Below, piece after piece: positions 40,441-54,363 of a DNA stretch of 64,000 nucleotides. The stretch is from the human T2T-CHM13v2.0 reference genome, Homo sapiens. The position numbers and the translations under genes were made by a program. Under the pieces are notes generated by a model. The model was not told where the DNA came from. It ran no database searches and saw only the letters and a list, made by a program, of their open reading frames with translations. Where the stretch lies: assembly GCF_009914755.1 (NCBI RefSeq), contig NC_060927.1, one strand, 5' to 3'. Position 1 is the stretch's first letter, and each line of letters opens with the position of its first letter.

Positions 40441-42200
40441 TTTAAATTGGTTTTGAGAATTTTATTGAAATCCTTTTTAAGCTCAGGCAGTTTTGTGGTG
40501 TAGGGGTGGCCCTTTTCTTACCATCTTCACTTTGACCTGTTTCAGCCCCAGTCATAGCTTCTTTTGTTTTATATTATTTTTATTTCAGTAGGTTTTCGGA
40601 GAACAGGTGGTGTTTGCTTACGTGGATAAGTTCTTTAGTGATGATTTCTGAGATTTTGGTCCACCCATCACCCAGGCAGTGTACACTGTACCCAATAGGA
40701 AGCCTTTTATCTCTTACCCACCTCCCATCCTTCCCCCCAAGTCCCCAAAGTCCATTGTATCATTCTTATGCTTTTGCATCCTCATAGCTTAGCTCCCACT
40801 CATAAGAGAGAACATGCAATGTTTGGTTTTCCATTCCTGAGATACTTCACTTAAAATAATGGCCTCTAATTCCATCCATGTTGCTGCAAATACCATTATT
40901 TTGTTCCTTTTTATTGCTGAATAGTATTCCATGGTTTTTTCTTTCCATTAATTGATTGACAAGCATTTGGGCTGGTTTCATATTTTTGCAATTGCTAATT
41001 GTGCTGCTATAAACATAAATGTGCAAGTTTTTTTTTTCATATAATGACTTCTTTTCCTCTGCGTAGATACCCAGTAGTGGGATTGCTGGATCAAATGGTA
41101 GATCTACTTTGAGTTCTTTAAGGAATCTCCACACTGTTTTCCATAGTGATTGTACTAGTTTACATTCCCACCAACAGTGTAAAAGTGTTCCATTTTCACT
41201 ACATCCATATCAACATCTTTTTTTAAAAATTATGGACACTCAGGAGCAAGGTGGTATCACATTGTGGTATTGATTTGCATTTCCCTGATAGTTAGTGAAG
41301 CTGAGCATTTTTTCATATGTTTGTTGGCCATTTGTGTATTATCTTTTGAGGGCTGTCTATTCATGTTCTGAGCCCACTTTTTGATAGGATTGTTTGTTTG
41401 TTTGTTTTTTCTTGCTGATTTGAGTTTCTTGTAGATTCTGGATATAGTCCTTTATTGACTGCATAGTTTGCCAAGATTTTCTCTCACTCTGTGGGTTGTC
41501 TCTTTACTCTGCTGATTATTTCTTTTGCTGTGCAGAAGCTTTTTAGTTTAATTAAGTCCCACCTATTTATTTTTGTTTTTGTTGCATTTGCTTTTGGGTT
41601 CTTGATCATTAAGTCTTTGCCTAAGCCAATGTCTAGAAGGGCTTTTCCAATGTTATCTTCTAGAATTTTTGTTCTTTCAGGTCTTAAATTTAAGTCTTTT
41701 ATCCATCTTCAGTTGATTTTTGAATAAGGTGAGAGATGAGGATCCAGTTCCATTCTTCTACATGTGGCTTGATAATTATCTCAGCACCATTTGTTGAATA
41801 GGTTGTCCTTTCCCCACTTTGTTTTACCTTTCTTTGTTGAAGATAAGTTGATGTAAGTATTTGACTTTATTTTTGGGTTCTCTATTCTGTTCCATTGTTC
41901 TATGTGCCTACTTTTATGCTGGCACTATACTGTTTGGCTGACTATAGCCTTATAGTATAGGTTGAAGTCGGTAATATGATACCCCCGATGGGTTCTTTTG
42001 CTTAGTTTTGTTTTGACTATGCAGGCTCTTTTTTGGTTCTATGTGTATTTTAGGATTTTAGGATTTTTTTCTAGTTCTGTGAAGAATTATGATGGTATTT
42101 TGATGGGAATTGCATTGAATTTGTAGATTGCTTTTGGCAATATGGTCATTTTCACTATATTGAATCCACCCATCCATAAGCATGAGATGTGTTTTCATTT

Positions 42201-42411
42201 TTTTATTTAGATTTTTTTAAATTATACTTTAAGTTTTAGGGTACATGTGCACAACGGGCAGGTTTGTTACATATGTATACATGTGCCATGTTGCTGTGCT
42301 GCACCCATTAACTCGCCATTTAACATTAGGTCTATCTCCTAATGCTATCTCTCCCCACTCCCCCCACCCCACAACAGGCCCCGGTGTGTGATGTTCCCCT
42401 TCCTGTGTCCA
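42201..42411 (-). mobile_element. Young L1PA (about PA3-5) 3' tip nested in L1PB
   Basis: ATTATACTTTAAGTTTTAGGGTACATGTGCACAAC..CCCCACAACAGGCCCCGGTGTGTGATGTTCCCC; TSD TGTTTTCATTT at 42190-42200 and 42412-42422. Confidence 0.93.
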
Positions 42412-44566
42412 TGTTTTCATTTGTTTGTTATGATTTCTTTCAGCAGTGTTTTGTAGTTTTCCTTGTAGAGGTCTTTCACCTCCTTGGTTAGTATATTCCT
42501 AAGTATTTAATGTTTTCTTTGCAACTATTATAAAAGGGGTTGAGTTCTTGATTTCATTCTCATCTTGGTCGCTATTGGCGTAGAGGAGTGCTACTGATTT
42601 GTGTACATTGATTTTGTATCCTGAAACTTTACTGAATTCATCTATTAGTTCTGGGGGATTTTTGGTGGAGTCTTTAGGGTTTTCTAGGAGTCTTTAGGGT
42701 TTTCTAGGTATACAATCATATCCTCGAAGAACAGTGACAGTTTGACTTCTTTACTGATTTGTATGCCCTTTATTTCTTTCTCTTGTCTGATTGCTCTGGC
42801 TAGGACTTCCAGTACTATGTTGAATAGAGGTGGAGAAAGTGGGCATCCTTGTCTTATTCCAGTTCTCACAGGGAATGCTTTCAAATTTTCCCCATTCAGT
42901 ATAATGTTGGCTGTGGATTTGTCATAGATGGCTTTTATTACCTTAAGTTGTGTCCCTTCTATGATGATTTTACTGAGGGTTTTAATTATAAAGCAATGCT
43001 GGATTTTGTCAAATGCATTTTCTGCATCTATTGAGATGATCATGTGATTTTTGTTTTTAATTCTGTTTATGTGGTGTATCACATTTATTGACTTGTGCAT
43101 GTTAAACCATCCTTGCATCCTTGGTATGAAACCCATTTGGTCATGTTGTATTTTTTTGATATGCTGTTGGATTTGGTTAGCTAGTATTTTGCTGAAGATT
43201 TTTGCAACTATGTTCATCAGGAATATTGGTCTGTAGTTTTCTTTTTTTGTTATGTCCTTTCCTGGTTTTGGTATTAGGGTGCTACTGGCTTCAAAGAATG
43301 ATTTAGGGAGGATTCTCTTTCTCTATCTTTTGAAATAGTGTCAACAAGATTGGTACCAAATATTTAAATGTCTGATAAAATTCACCTGTGAATCCATGTG
43401 GTCCTGGATTTTTTTTATCGGCAATTTTTTAATTACCATTTCAATACCACTACTTGTTATTGGTCTGTTCAGAGTTTCTATTTCTTCCTATTTTAATATA
43501 GGGGAGTTGTATATTTCCAGGAATTTATCCATCTCCTCTAGGTTTTCTAGTTTGTTTGTGTAAAGGTGTTCATAGTAGCCTTGAATAATCTTTTGTATTT
43601 CTGTGGTTGTAATATCTCCCATTTCATTTCTAATTGAGCTTATTTGGATCTTCTCTCTTGTTGGTTAATCTTGCTAATGGTCTATCAATTTTGTTTATCT
43701 TTTCAAAGAATCTGCTTTTAGTTTCACGTATCTTCTGTATTTTTTTGTTTCAATTTCATTTAGTTCTGCTCTGATCTTTGTTATTACTTTTCTTCTGCTA
43801 GGTTTGAGTTTGATTTGTTCTTGTTTCTCTAGATCCTTGAAGTATGACCTTAGATTGTCTATTTGTGCTCTTTCAGACTTTTTAATGTAGGCTTTTAATG
43901 CTATGAACTTTCCCCTTAGCACCACTTTCGCTATATCCCAGAGGTTTTGATAGGTTTTGTCACCATTATCAAAGAATTTTTTAACCTCCATCTTGATTTC
44001 ATTGTTGACCCAATGATCACTCAGGAGGAGGTTATTTAATTTCCATGTATTTGCATGTTTTTGATGGTTCCTTTGGAGTTGATTTCCAATTTTATCCCAC
44101 TGTGTCTGAGAAAGTACTTGATATAATTTCAATTTTCTTAAATTTATTAAGACTTGTTTTGTGGCCTATCATGTGGTCTATCTTGGAGAATGTTCCATGT
44201 GTTGATGAATACAATGTATATTCTGCATTTGTGGGGTAGAATGTTCTGTAAATATCTGTTAAGTCCATTTGTTCTAGGGTATAGTTTATTGTTTCTTTGT
44301 TGACTTTCTGTCTTGATGACCTGCCTAGTGCTGTCTGGGGATTACTGGAGTCCCCCACTATTACTGTATTGCCATCTATCTTATTTCTCAGGTCTAGTAG
44401 TAATTGTTTTATAAATTTGGGAGCCCCAGTGTTAGGTGTTATATTTAGGATTGTGATATTTTCCTGTTAGACTAGTCCTTTTATTATTATATAATGTCCC
44501 TCTTTGTCTTTTTTTACTATTGTTGTTTTAAGTTCTGTCTTGTGTGATATAAGAATGGCTACTCCT

Positions 44567-44868
44567 GGCCGGGTGCAGTGGCTCACACCTGTAATCCCAG
44601 CACTTTGGGAGGTTGAAGTGGGTGGATCATGAGGTCAGGAGATCGAGACCATCCTGGCCAACATGGTGAAACCCCGTCTCTACTAAAAATACAAAAATTA
44701 GCCAGGCGTGGTGGCATGTACCTGTAATCCCAGCTACTCAGGAGGCTGAGACAGGAGAATCACTTGAACCAGGGAGTCAGAGGTTGCAGTGAGCTGAGAT
44801 CATGCCACTGCACTCCAGCCTGGTGGCAAAGTGAGACTTCGTCTCAAAAAAAAAAAAAAAAAAAAAAA
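44567..44868 (+). mobile_element. AluS (AluSc-like) nested in L1PB
   Basis: Full dimer with long A tail; perfect 16-bp TSD AAGAATGGCTACTCCT at 44551-44566 and 44869-44884. Confidence 0.96.
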
Positions 44869-47800
44869 AAGAATGGCTACTCCTGCTCACTTTTGGTGTC
44901 CATTTGGGTGAAATGTCTTTTTCCAACCTTTTATCTGAAGTTTGTATAAGTCCTTGTATGTTAGGTGAGTCTCTGGAAGACAGCGGATACTTGGTCAGTG
45001 AATTTTTATCCATTCTGCCATTCTATATCTTTTAAGTGGAGCATTTAGGCCATTTACATTCAACATTAGTATTGAGATGTGAGGTACTATTCTATTCGTC
45101 ATGCTAGTTGTGGCCTGAATACCTTGGAGTTTTTTTTCATTATGTTATATTTTTATAGGTCCTGTGGGAGTTTTGCTGTAAGCAGGTTCCATTTTGGTAT
45201 ATTTCTAGGTTTTGTTTCAAGATTTAGAGCTCCCTTTAGCAGTTCTTGTATTTCTGGCTTGGTAGTGGCGAGTTTTCTTAACATTTATTTGTCTGAAAAA
45301 GACTGCATCTTTCCTTTATTTATGAAGATTAGTTTCACTAAATACAAAACTCTTGGCTGATAATTGTTTCATTTAAGGAGGCTAAAGATAGGACCCCTAT
45401 TCCTTCTAGCTTGTAGGGTTTATGCTAAGAAATTTGCTGTTAATCTGATAGGTTTTCCTTTATAGGTTACCTGATGCTTTTGCTTCACAGCTCGAAAAAT
45501 TCTTTCCTTTGTCTTGACGGTAGATAACCTGATGACTATGTGTCTAGGCCATGATCTTTTTGCAACTAATTTTCTGGGTATTCTTTGAGCTTCTTGTATT
45601 TGGATGTCTAGATCTCTAGTAAGGCCAGGGAAGTTTTCCTTGATTATTCCATCAAAGATATTTTCCAAACGTTTAGATTTCTCTTCTTGGGAACACAAAT
45701 TATTCTTTGGTTTAGTCGTTTAACATAATCCCAAAGTTCTTGGAGGCTTTGTTCATTTTCTTCAATTCTTTTTTCTTTGTCTCTGTCACATTGGGTTAAT
45801 TCAAAAGCCTTATCTTCAAGCTCTGAAGTTATTTTCTGTACTTGTTCACTTCTATTGTTGAAACTTTTCAGTGTATTTTGCATTTCTCTAAGTGTGTCCT
45901 TCATTTCTAGAAGTTGCAGTTGTTTGTATTTATGCTACCTATTTCTCTGGAGATTTTTCTATCCATATCCTGTATCATTTTTTTTATTTCTTTAAATCAG
46001 TATTCATCTTTCTCTGTTGACTCCTTGATTAGCTTAATATTCAAACTTCTTAATTCTTTTGCTGGCATTTCAGATTTCTTCTTTGTTTTTGGATCCATTG
46101 CTGGTGAGCTGGTGTGATCTTTCGGGGGTGTTAAAGAGCCTTGTTTGTCATATTACCAGAATTGCTTTTCTGGCTCCTTCTCATTTAGGTAGACTATGTC
46201 GGAGGAAATATCTGGGGCTCATGGGCTCCTGTTCAGATTCTTTTGTCCCACCAGGGTGCTCCCTTGATATGGTGGTGCTCTCCCCCTTCCTCTAGGGATG
46301 GAGGTTCCTGAGAGCCAGAGTTCAGTGATTCTTATTTCTCTTCTGGGACTAGCTACCCAGTGGAGCTACCAGGCTCTGGGCTGGTATTGGGGAGTGTCTG
46401 CAAAAAGTTCTGTGATGTGGTCTGTTTTCAGGTCTCTCAGCCATGGATACCAGCACCTCATCCAGTAGAGGTAAAAGAAGAGTGAAGTGTACCTGCTCCA
46501 GTGGAGGTAACAGGGGAGTGAAGTGGACTTTGTGTGAGACCTTTGTTGTAGTTGTGTTTAGTGCACTGGTTTTCTCAAATCCTAGTTGTGCTGGCCATGA
46601 AGTTGTCATGTGGACAGACTCAGGACCTCTGCTTAGCCAGGAAATTACAGGCAGTGGAATTATCTGTTGTTTTCTCCTTTCTTGGGGCAGGGTTGTTCCT
46701 TTATGAGTTGTTGTAATGTTTTGAGTTGGTTGGAGTCAGGAAGTGGTGCCTTCAAGAGAGCATCAGCTTGGGAGTATAGGGAGGATACAAGCTTGCCCTA
46801 GGGTCACCTGGATGAGGTATTTCTCAAGTGGTAGGTGGGGCCATAGAGCTGCCAAGAGATTATCTTTTGTCTTCAGCTACCAGGGTGGTTAGAGAAAGAC
46901 CATCAGGTAGGGACAGGGTTAGGCATGTCTGAGTTCAGACTGTCCTTTGATGGGGCTTGCTGAGGCCACTGTGGGGGATGGGAGTTTGGTTTGTAGACTG
47001 ATGGAGTTTTAATCCCAGGGGGATTATTGCTCCCTCTGCTGCATCATACAGGTCACCAGGAAAGTGGGGGAAAGCTGGCCATGACAGGCCTCGTGCAGCT
47101 CCTATGCATCTAGAAAGGCCAGTCTCACTCCCACCATGCCCCACCAATAGCACCAAGTTTATAGCCAGGCAGCTTGTGAGCAGGGCTGACATCTAGCCCC
47201 AGACTACATGCCACCCCTTTCAGAAAGCAAGCAGGGCTTTCAGCCCTTGCCCCTCCCTGACTGTGATGACTTTTGTGCTCATATCTGCACTTCCCAATGG
47301 CCCTCTATCCTGGATTCTGTCCAGGAAAATTGGCATTTGGTTGAAATTATTACAAAGTTCAGCTAGAAGTTTCCTTCTCCCTGTGGGCTTTATCCAGTTC
47401 CACTGGCAGCCCTCCCCAAGGACATCTGTGAGATAAAGTCAAAAATGCCTTCCCTGAGCTTCCTTGGGTTCCAGAAGTGACTATAGGGCTCTTCCTTATG
47501 CTTCTTCTACATCTATATTTTGCTTGGCTCTCTAAATTCATTTTAGCTCTAGGTAAAGTTAAGTCCTTCTCCCATGATCTGGATTTTCAGGTTCCCCAGT
47601 GAGAATGTGTGTTCAGTGGCAGACTTTGCCCTTCTCACACTTTGGGTACTCACAGTTTTTCATCTGTCTTATGGAGTTTGCAGCAGCACACTTCTTCTTT
47701 TAAAGGCTCTGTGAATTCTTTCAGTTTTCCTGGTATGTTCCTGCAGTAGTTCTTGGAGAAAAATTTCATGATATGAGTCTCCACACACTATTCTGTTCAC

Positions 47801-47899
47801 CCAACTGGGAGCTGCCTTCTATCTGCCATTTTCCACCCAGTTCTCCATCCCTTTTAGTAGTAGAGAAGAAACAGACTTAACATCATAACAAATGTTTTA

Positions 47900-48990
47900 T
47901 ATGCAATGTCTCATTTAATTAATTTTCTTCTTTTTGGAGTAAATCTTTTGGAAGTTCTTTTGGTGAGGATCTGTGTTAATAAAATTTCTAAGTTCTAAAT
48001 GTCTGAAAATTTAGTTATTTATATATACAACTGAATTATAGTTGGGCTGGGTATAAAAATAATTTCAACGTTTTTCATCAGGGTTTTGAAGATATTTCTC
48101 CACTGTATTCTTGGATTTGATGTTGTTAAATAAAAATCTGATATCATTCAAATTATTGCACCATTGCAGTGGTATGCCTTTTTTACTTGTGTTCTCTTAA
48201 ACTTCCTGTTTTTCTTTAATGGCCTAAAGTTCCGTTAGCTTTCTAAGTTTCTAAGTATAGTTTTATTTTCATTTACCCTGCTCTATATTTGGTAGGCTCT
48301 ATAAATCTGAAAACTTCTGACCATCCCAAGCTTTGGTAAATGTTTATTATTTTTCCAAATATTTCCTGTCTTCCATTCTCTCTATTTTCCTTTTCTGCAA
48401 CTCTTATTAAAATGATTGAACTTCTTTGTCTATTGCCATTTTTTCATTGTCTTTTTTTATACTTTTGTCAAAGAATAAAAAGAGACATTCAGTTTAGTTA
48501 AAAGCACAGCTGAAATGTACTTGAATAAGAAGATTAAACATGTATTGATTGATTGCCAGATGACAAAGGTGAAATAGAATTTATAAAAGGAAAAATAAAA
48601 CACATTTTGTGGAAAACTAAGGTGTAGTTTATGTTCAAGGTTGATGTTTGGCTTAAATTGTGTGCCCTGGAGAAGCTTGACATAGTAGTCAGGAAGACAG
48701 CTCAAGTTGCTTAGGGATTTTCCACAAAATCTTGTGCTTTCACCCATAGAATACTTGTGGGATATTCATCTATGGATATTGGTCCTTCTTGTTGTCCCTC
48801 TGTTGGTTTCTCCATCTCAGTTAGCTAGGATTGTGCCATTTCCCTCATTATTATTCTTCATTTTTTATTCTCTGTATAATGTTCTAGAAGAATTCCTCAG
48901 CTTAACAGTTCAAATCACTGATTCACTCTTCAGCTAGCTCCATGTGCTATTTTTCAGACCATAAATTGAGGGTTCTTTTTTTCAACGGCT
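47900..48990 (-). mobile_element. Very old L1M relic
   Basis: GTCTGAAAATTT..GGGTATAAAA, TTTGAAGATATTTCTCCACTGTATTCT, CCATTCTCTCTATTTTCCTTTTCTG. Confidence 0.55.
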
Positions 48991-49009
48991 ATTAGTAAAT
49001 AGATTAAAT

Positions 49010-49376
49010 AGACTCATGTGACTGGCAAGTTAGTGTTTGCTGTCAGCTGAAAGCTCAGCGTAGGCTAAGAATCAGGAATGTTGGCTTTTTCTCCATGTGG
49101 GTCTCAACAGTGAGGTGCTTGGCCTTCATCATGGGGTGGCTTAGGTCCAAAAGCAAGCATTCCAAGAGACCCAGGTCAAAGGCGTGTTTGCTTTTATGGC
49201 TCAGCCTTAGAAGTCCTAGAGCCACCACTTCTGCCATAACCATAAGCCTAATCACATTTAATGGGTGGGACTATAAATTCCATCTCTCAGTAGGAAGAAT
49301 GTCAAAGTCACATTAGAAGAAGAGAAAATGGAATATGAGATGTTTTTATGGCCACTAATAAAATACAATCTGTCAT
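49010..49376 (-). mobile_element. MLT1-family LTR fragment
   Basis: CTCATGTGACTGGCAAGTTAGTG..CTCCATGTGGGTCTC..CAGCCTTAGAAGTC..CACTTCTGCCATA..AAAATACAATCTGTCA. Confidence 0.7.
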
Positions 49377-50684
49377 ATTGTCTCTCTTTTTCAGTGGTAA
49401 TCCTCCTGAGATAACTTACCAATTTTGTGTGGATCACTTACATATCCTGTCCCCTCTTGATGGGATAGTCTCATGACAGCAACAGCTTCAGATTCACAGG
49501 GAAGATACAAAAGCTCAGAGCCCTTTGCAGCAGTATGGTAGCCTCTACTTACTGATCTGGTTTCTGTTCTGCTTTTTTTCCATTAAGAAAGACTCTCCAT
49601 TTCTAGCACATAGACAATCCTCTTTGCTGTTTTAAAGCTTGGCTATGTTTTATTTATTATCATTGTGGTAATTTGGTGTATGAGTGAAAGGTTTTGGTGT
49701 TTCCTCAATCCATCATACTGAACATAATTTCTTCAGGTTGGAAATTTTATTGTCCATATTTTTAGTTAAAAATCTGAGGCCTAGAAAGGTTAACTGACTT
49801 GCTTTAAGCTTGAGAAATTGAAACCAGTTTGACATCACAATTACCGTGCTCTACTCCCTCTCTCTTAAAAGTTCTTGCTTATGTCCAAAATATTAGTAGA
49901 AATAAATGAGAGAGATTTCACCAACCATCCATAGAAGTCAACCCCATTCCCTTGTAATCAAACCTCATATATGAAGTATTTTAGTATCATCAATACATAT
50001 AGCTTATGAAACTTTGATAGCTTGAATCTAACAGTTTCTTATTCTATGATTTCAAAATATATATGTCACCATTCTAGATAACAAATTCTTTACCAGGAAA
50101 AATTATTATTGTAACTGGTACTTATCAGGCAGCTGAATCATAGATAATCTACAAGAAAATATTTTTAATAAACCTGAAACTACATGTTTAAAATGGAAAA
50201 AATTAACCATCCTCAGGGAGTTAAACCATTGCAGCTTCCCTGAAATGGGCATCATATCTTTATTATTATCTATGGACAACTAACTTACCTAAAACATACT
50301 GTTTTAACACAAATTATATTTCAAACTTGTATTGAGAATCCTCATTGGACCTTTCTTTACTATAACATCCTCCAAGTAATTTCTATCTCTCTTTCTCTCC
50401 AATTCTCAGTGTTTTACAACCTAATATAAAACTCCTGATTAAGCTCCCATATGGTCCAGAGAAGGAGTTCCTACATGTGTGACAGTACAACTGCAAATAA
50501 ACCACAAGAAAAAGTCACACACAAAAAATGTAAACCATGGGACTAACATGAGAGTTAATAATATTTTATTTTGCCAAGTATATTAAAAGTTTTTTTAAAA
50601 ACCCAGCTACTATCTACTATCATTTCCTAACCAAGGGCATATACACTTCTAAAGACTGGGAAAAATATAATCTCATACTTTAAA

Positions 50685-51170
50685 CTTTATTTTTAATTGA
50701 TGAATTTAAACTGTATATATTTATTATATACAAACATGTTGTTTTGAAATATGTATACATTGTGGAATGGCTAAATTGAGCTAAGTAACATATGCATTAC
50801 TTCACTTTTTTGTAATGAGAACATGCAAAATCTACTCTCTTCGTGATTTTCAAGAATATACTACATTGTTATTAACTATAGTCACCATGATGTATAGTAG
50901 GTCTCTTGCACTTATTCCTTCTAACTGAAATTTTGTATCATTTGACCAATATCTTCCCAATCCCCATTCCCCCCAGTCCCTGGTAACTACTATTCTATTC
51001 TATTCTCTACTTCTATGAGCTCAACCTTTTCAGATTCCACCTGTAAGTGAGATCATGTAGTATTTGTCTTTCTGTGCCTGGCTTATTTTACTTAAAATAA
51101 TATCCACCAGACTCATTCATGTTGTCACAAAAGACAGGATTTTCTTCTTTTTTAAGGTTGAATAGTATTC

Positions 51171-51214
<44 letters not shown>

Positions 51215-51585
51215 CATTTTCTTTATATATTCATCCATTAATGGACACTTAGGTTGATTCCATATCTTGGCTATTGTGAGTAATGCTGCAATAAACATGG
51301 GAGTGCCCATCTCTCTTCAGCATACTGATTTCATTTCTTTTGGACATATGCCCAGAAGTTGGATTGCTGGAAAATATGGTAGTTCTATTTTTAATTTTTT
51401 GAGGAACCTCAATACTGTTTTCCACTATGGCTGAACTTATTTACATTACCACCAACAGTGTGCAAGAGTTCCCTTTTCTCCACATCCTCTCTAACACTTG
51501 TTATCTTTCATCTTTTTCATAATAGTCATCCTAATAGGTGTGAGTTGGTATCTTGTTATTATTTAAATTTTCATGTCTCTAAGGA
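50685..51585 (-). mobile_element. L1MA8/9-like 3' end, contains (TG)n at about 51175-51213
   Basis: AAAATCTACTCTCTTCGTGATTTTCAAGAATA..ATTAACTATAGTCACCATG..CAGATTCCACCTGTAAGTGAGATCATG. Confidence 0.92.
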
Positions 51586-52578
51586 TTCATAATTTAAACC
51601 TTAAACATTAAAAACTCACCATATTCTTTTTTTCTTAATTCTCTTATTTCTCCACAATAGAGAACTGGCTTGTGTTCAGGAACTTTTGCTCTAAGTAACA
51701 TGAATACTTGTTTCTCCTCTTGTTCCAGTGTTACATCAATGTAAACATCGCTCATTAGCTGTCATATCATTGTCCCTTTTCCTCTTCATACTTCTACTAC
51801 CTAGAGGTTGACTTCCTGGTGAGTGGGTCTACTGAGTCTAACTACAGTGACTGACTGCAGGACAACTTTGCCTCACTCCCCAGGCAGTGCACTGCTCCTC
51901 CACTCACTCATGAAACATGGGGAAGCCAGTTACGTATGCCAAAAGTAACTGTACAGATTTCAGTCTGCCTAGAATTCAATAACTCTATGTGCTTTTGTGA
52001 CTTGGACAAGTATGTTATGTAATCAACAATTCATTTAGCTCAATGGCTCGTTGGTGAGGTTTGGGTAGTTTGTGTTTTTTATCCACATTAGTAAAGATTT
52101 CACCATTATCCACAGAACATACAATGTGTTCCTATACTTGGGAGCATAAGAATCTCTGAGAATCTAGGAAGAGTTTCTTTAACTCTCAATGGAAAGAAGA
52201 TAATAGTGAAAAGAGAAGAGGCTAGGCCTTCTTAACAAAGACATTCATTCTGCTTGGTGTCAGACATTGTGCTGGGGAAACCACAGATAAGTTTCCAATT
52301 GTAGGTTGCTTGAAGAAGGCACACTGGCTATACTCAGAGGGAGTATTGACTTAAGTATTGCTCCCAAGATAAACTGATATCCTTGTTAGCTATTGTCTCC
52401 AAAAGGGAGATGTCAGTTGTAAACAAGGCACACTGTCAGAAATGTGGAAGGACAAAGTAGGTTGATCATAATTCCATCTATGTGAGAATTTTGCATTCTC
52501 AATAGAGCATCCACCATTTCCAGTTGTAGGTGCCTCATTTTTACTGGATCCCATACTAAGATTTTTGTTAGGTTAGAT

Positions 52579-52830
52579 CAGTGCTCCCCAAAGCATATTT
52601 CACTAGACTAGACCATGAAAGCAAGGATTCCTTGGCCAAATAAATTTGAGAAAAGATTCATACAGCATTCTTTGCTCAAAGATTCACAATGCCCATTGGC
52701 ACATTGAAGGCCACAGAAAACCTGCAGCAAAGAAACTTTATACCTACTTTTAACCTAAAATTTGTTAAAATAATCAGACTTCAGGACCCTTGTAACATTT
52801 AATAAATCTGGTGGAGCTGACGTCTGCACA
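52579..52830. mobile_element. hAT-Charlie derived relic (Charlie4-like)
   Basis: CAGTGCTCCCCAAAG terminus; AGATTCACAATGCCCATTGGCACATTGAAGGC..CCTGCAGCAAAGAAAC. Confidence 0.55.
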
Positions 52831-53684
52831 TTTCCCACCAAATCTGCCATTTATTCCATTTTCACCCCATCTGGAGATGTCCTTATTTCTATTGGTTGAT
52901 CCATGCAGTGACAACAAAGCAAAATTTCCTCCAGGTACAGTTGGGAGGTCTCATAATAGTCTTGAAGGACCACTAGTGTTTTGCTTTTCAGATGCTGCAA
53001 TTTCACTCCTTGATCAGACGATAACATGCAGCATGTAGCATCATGAGGCATCTTTTACCATTATTTTACATGGCATAACTATTCTTAGACGTTAACTGCA
53101 GGAGTGTAAACTACATACCGTGGCAGCCCATGCAACACTGACCATGATGCTCTGCACATATCAGCTGCTTTGAACAAATTCTTTGGATTGGGTCAAATTG
53201 ACGTGTCTTTTCCACCATGAACAGGTCACACCTCACCTTTGGAGCTAATTCTGCACTAATTAGTTACAAATGTTCCCTCTCATCCTTCCTATGGGATTCC
53301 ATGAAATTCAACAGCCATTTACTGAGTGTCCAGCAAAAACCAAGCTCTGCTCCAAGCAGGATCCATTCTGCGCTCCTCTAGAAAAGCCCTCTCCCTCCAA
53401 TTGGCAGAGGTAGCTCAGCAGTGCCCTTGCTAATTCCTTCTTATTTCTTTACCATGAATACTCTCCAGCCCTTGGGGGAGCAGAAAGAGAGAAGAGGCAA
53501 ATAAGAACTAAAAGAGGAAGAATGCAATAAGCCTGAGAGATACTCAGGAAAATTTGTTCCCAACAGTTTGGAGAATGCAGATCCCTTTCTAACAAGTAGA
53601 TATTTCACAGACTGGGGATTCGCTTTGAGTATCTGTTAACTGAGAATATGTGGAACAGAAAACACTAAATTCAGTAATTATTTG

Positions 53685-54255
53685 AAACAGGATGCTTTCA
53701 TTGGCAAGACACAGAAATTCAGACGCACCTGGCTTTAAAAATATGGATATTATTTTTTTTATCTCATACAACAGAAAGTCCACAGGAAGAAATTCATAGA
53801 GGGCTGATTCACCAGATCAGCATTGTCATCCTGAACCCAGGGTCTTCCCTTCATGCCACTCTGCATCCTCACTATGAGTCTCATGCTCAGACTGTCAGAA
53901 CAACAGCAGTGACACTCCAGCTGTCACATTCAGACGCATATCTGAAAGGTAGGAACCCATCTCTTCTTATAGCTCTCTCTTAGAAAAAGGAAATTGTCCC
54001 CAGGAACCTCCTGAAAACTTTTCCCTCAAATTTCTTTGGCCTAAATATATATGCATGCCTATTCCTGGGCTAATCAGGAACAAAGATTAGAATTAGACAG
54101 ACAGATGAGGATTACTCCTAAAAATGGGAGTAGAGTCAATTTAACTCAGGTTCTTGGATGCAAGGAAAGGGAGTAGATGCCTGGGGAAAAACTGGGATTC
54201 TGTTAAGAAGAAGGAAGGAATACACATTGGGTAAGCAAACAATAGTGTCTATCAC
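53685..54255 (-). mobile_element. MLT1J/K-like LTR
   Basis: TCTCATACAACAGAAAGTCC, GGGATTCTGTTAAGAAGAAGGAAGG, terminal AACAATAGTGTCTATCACA. Confidence 0.7.
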
Positions 54256-54318
54256 AGTCTTTTAAGTAAATCCATAGTTCACGAACATGCATTTGAAAAA
54301 TAGAAGTGAATATATGGC

Positions 54319-54363
54319 ACTTTTAATGGCAAAAACCACAATTATTTTTGTACCAACCTAATA
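54319..54363. mobile_element. Half MADE1 (Hsmar1 MITE, one TIR)
   Basis: ACTTTTAATGGCAAAAACCACAATTATTTTTGTACCAACCTAATA. Confidence 0.88.

Larger units (their letters stand above)
40572..47835 (-). mobile_element. Near full-length L1PB-like LINE-1 (dead)
   Basis: L1PB 3' UTR (GAACAGGTGGTGTTTG..GATAAGTTCTTTAGTG), RT peptide ([27 protein letters not shown]), EN and ORF1 peptides (RDLDIQIQEAQR..PRHIVIRL), about 1.5-kb 5' UTR ending TATCTGCCATTTTCC. Confidence 0.93.

Noticed and set aside
42684-43217. 177-aa reverse-transcriptase ORF as an active or domesticated gene
   Set aside because: It is a fragment of dead L1PB ORF2 with a mutated catalytic motif and surrounding frameshifts.
46450-46530. 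Imperfect ~36-bp tandem repeat in the L1PB 5' UTR
   Set aside because: Diverged and possibly part of the family's 5' UTR structure; cannot be shown to be locus-specific without a consensus.
54319-54363. Possible miR-548-family hairpin
   Set aside because: Only one MADE1 arm is present, so no hairpin can form.
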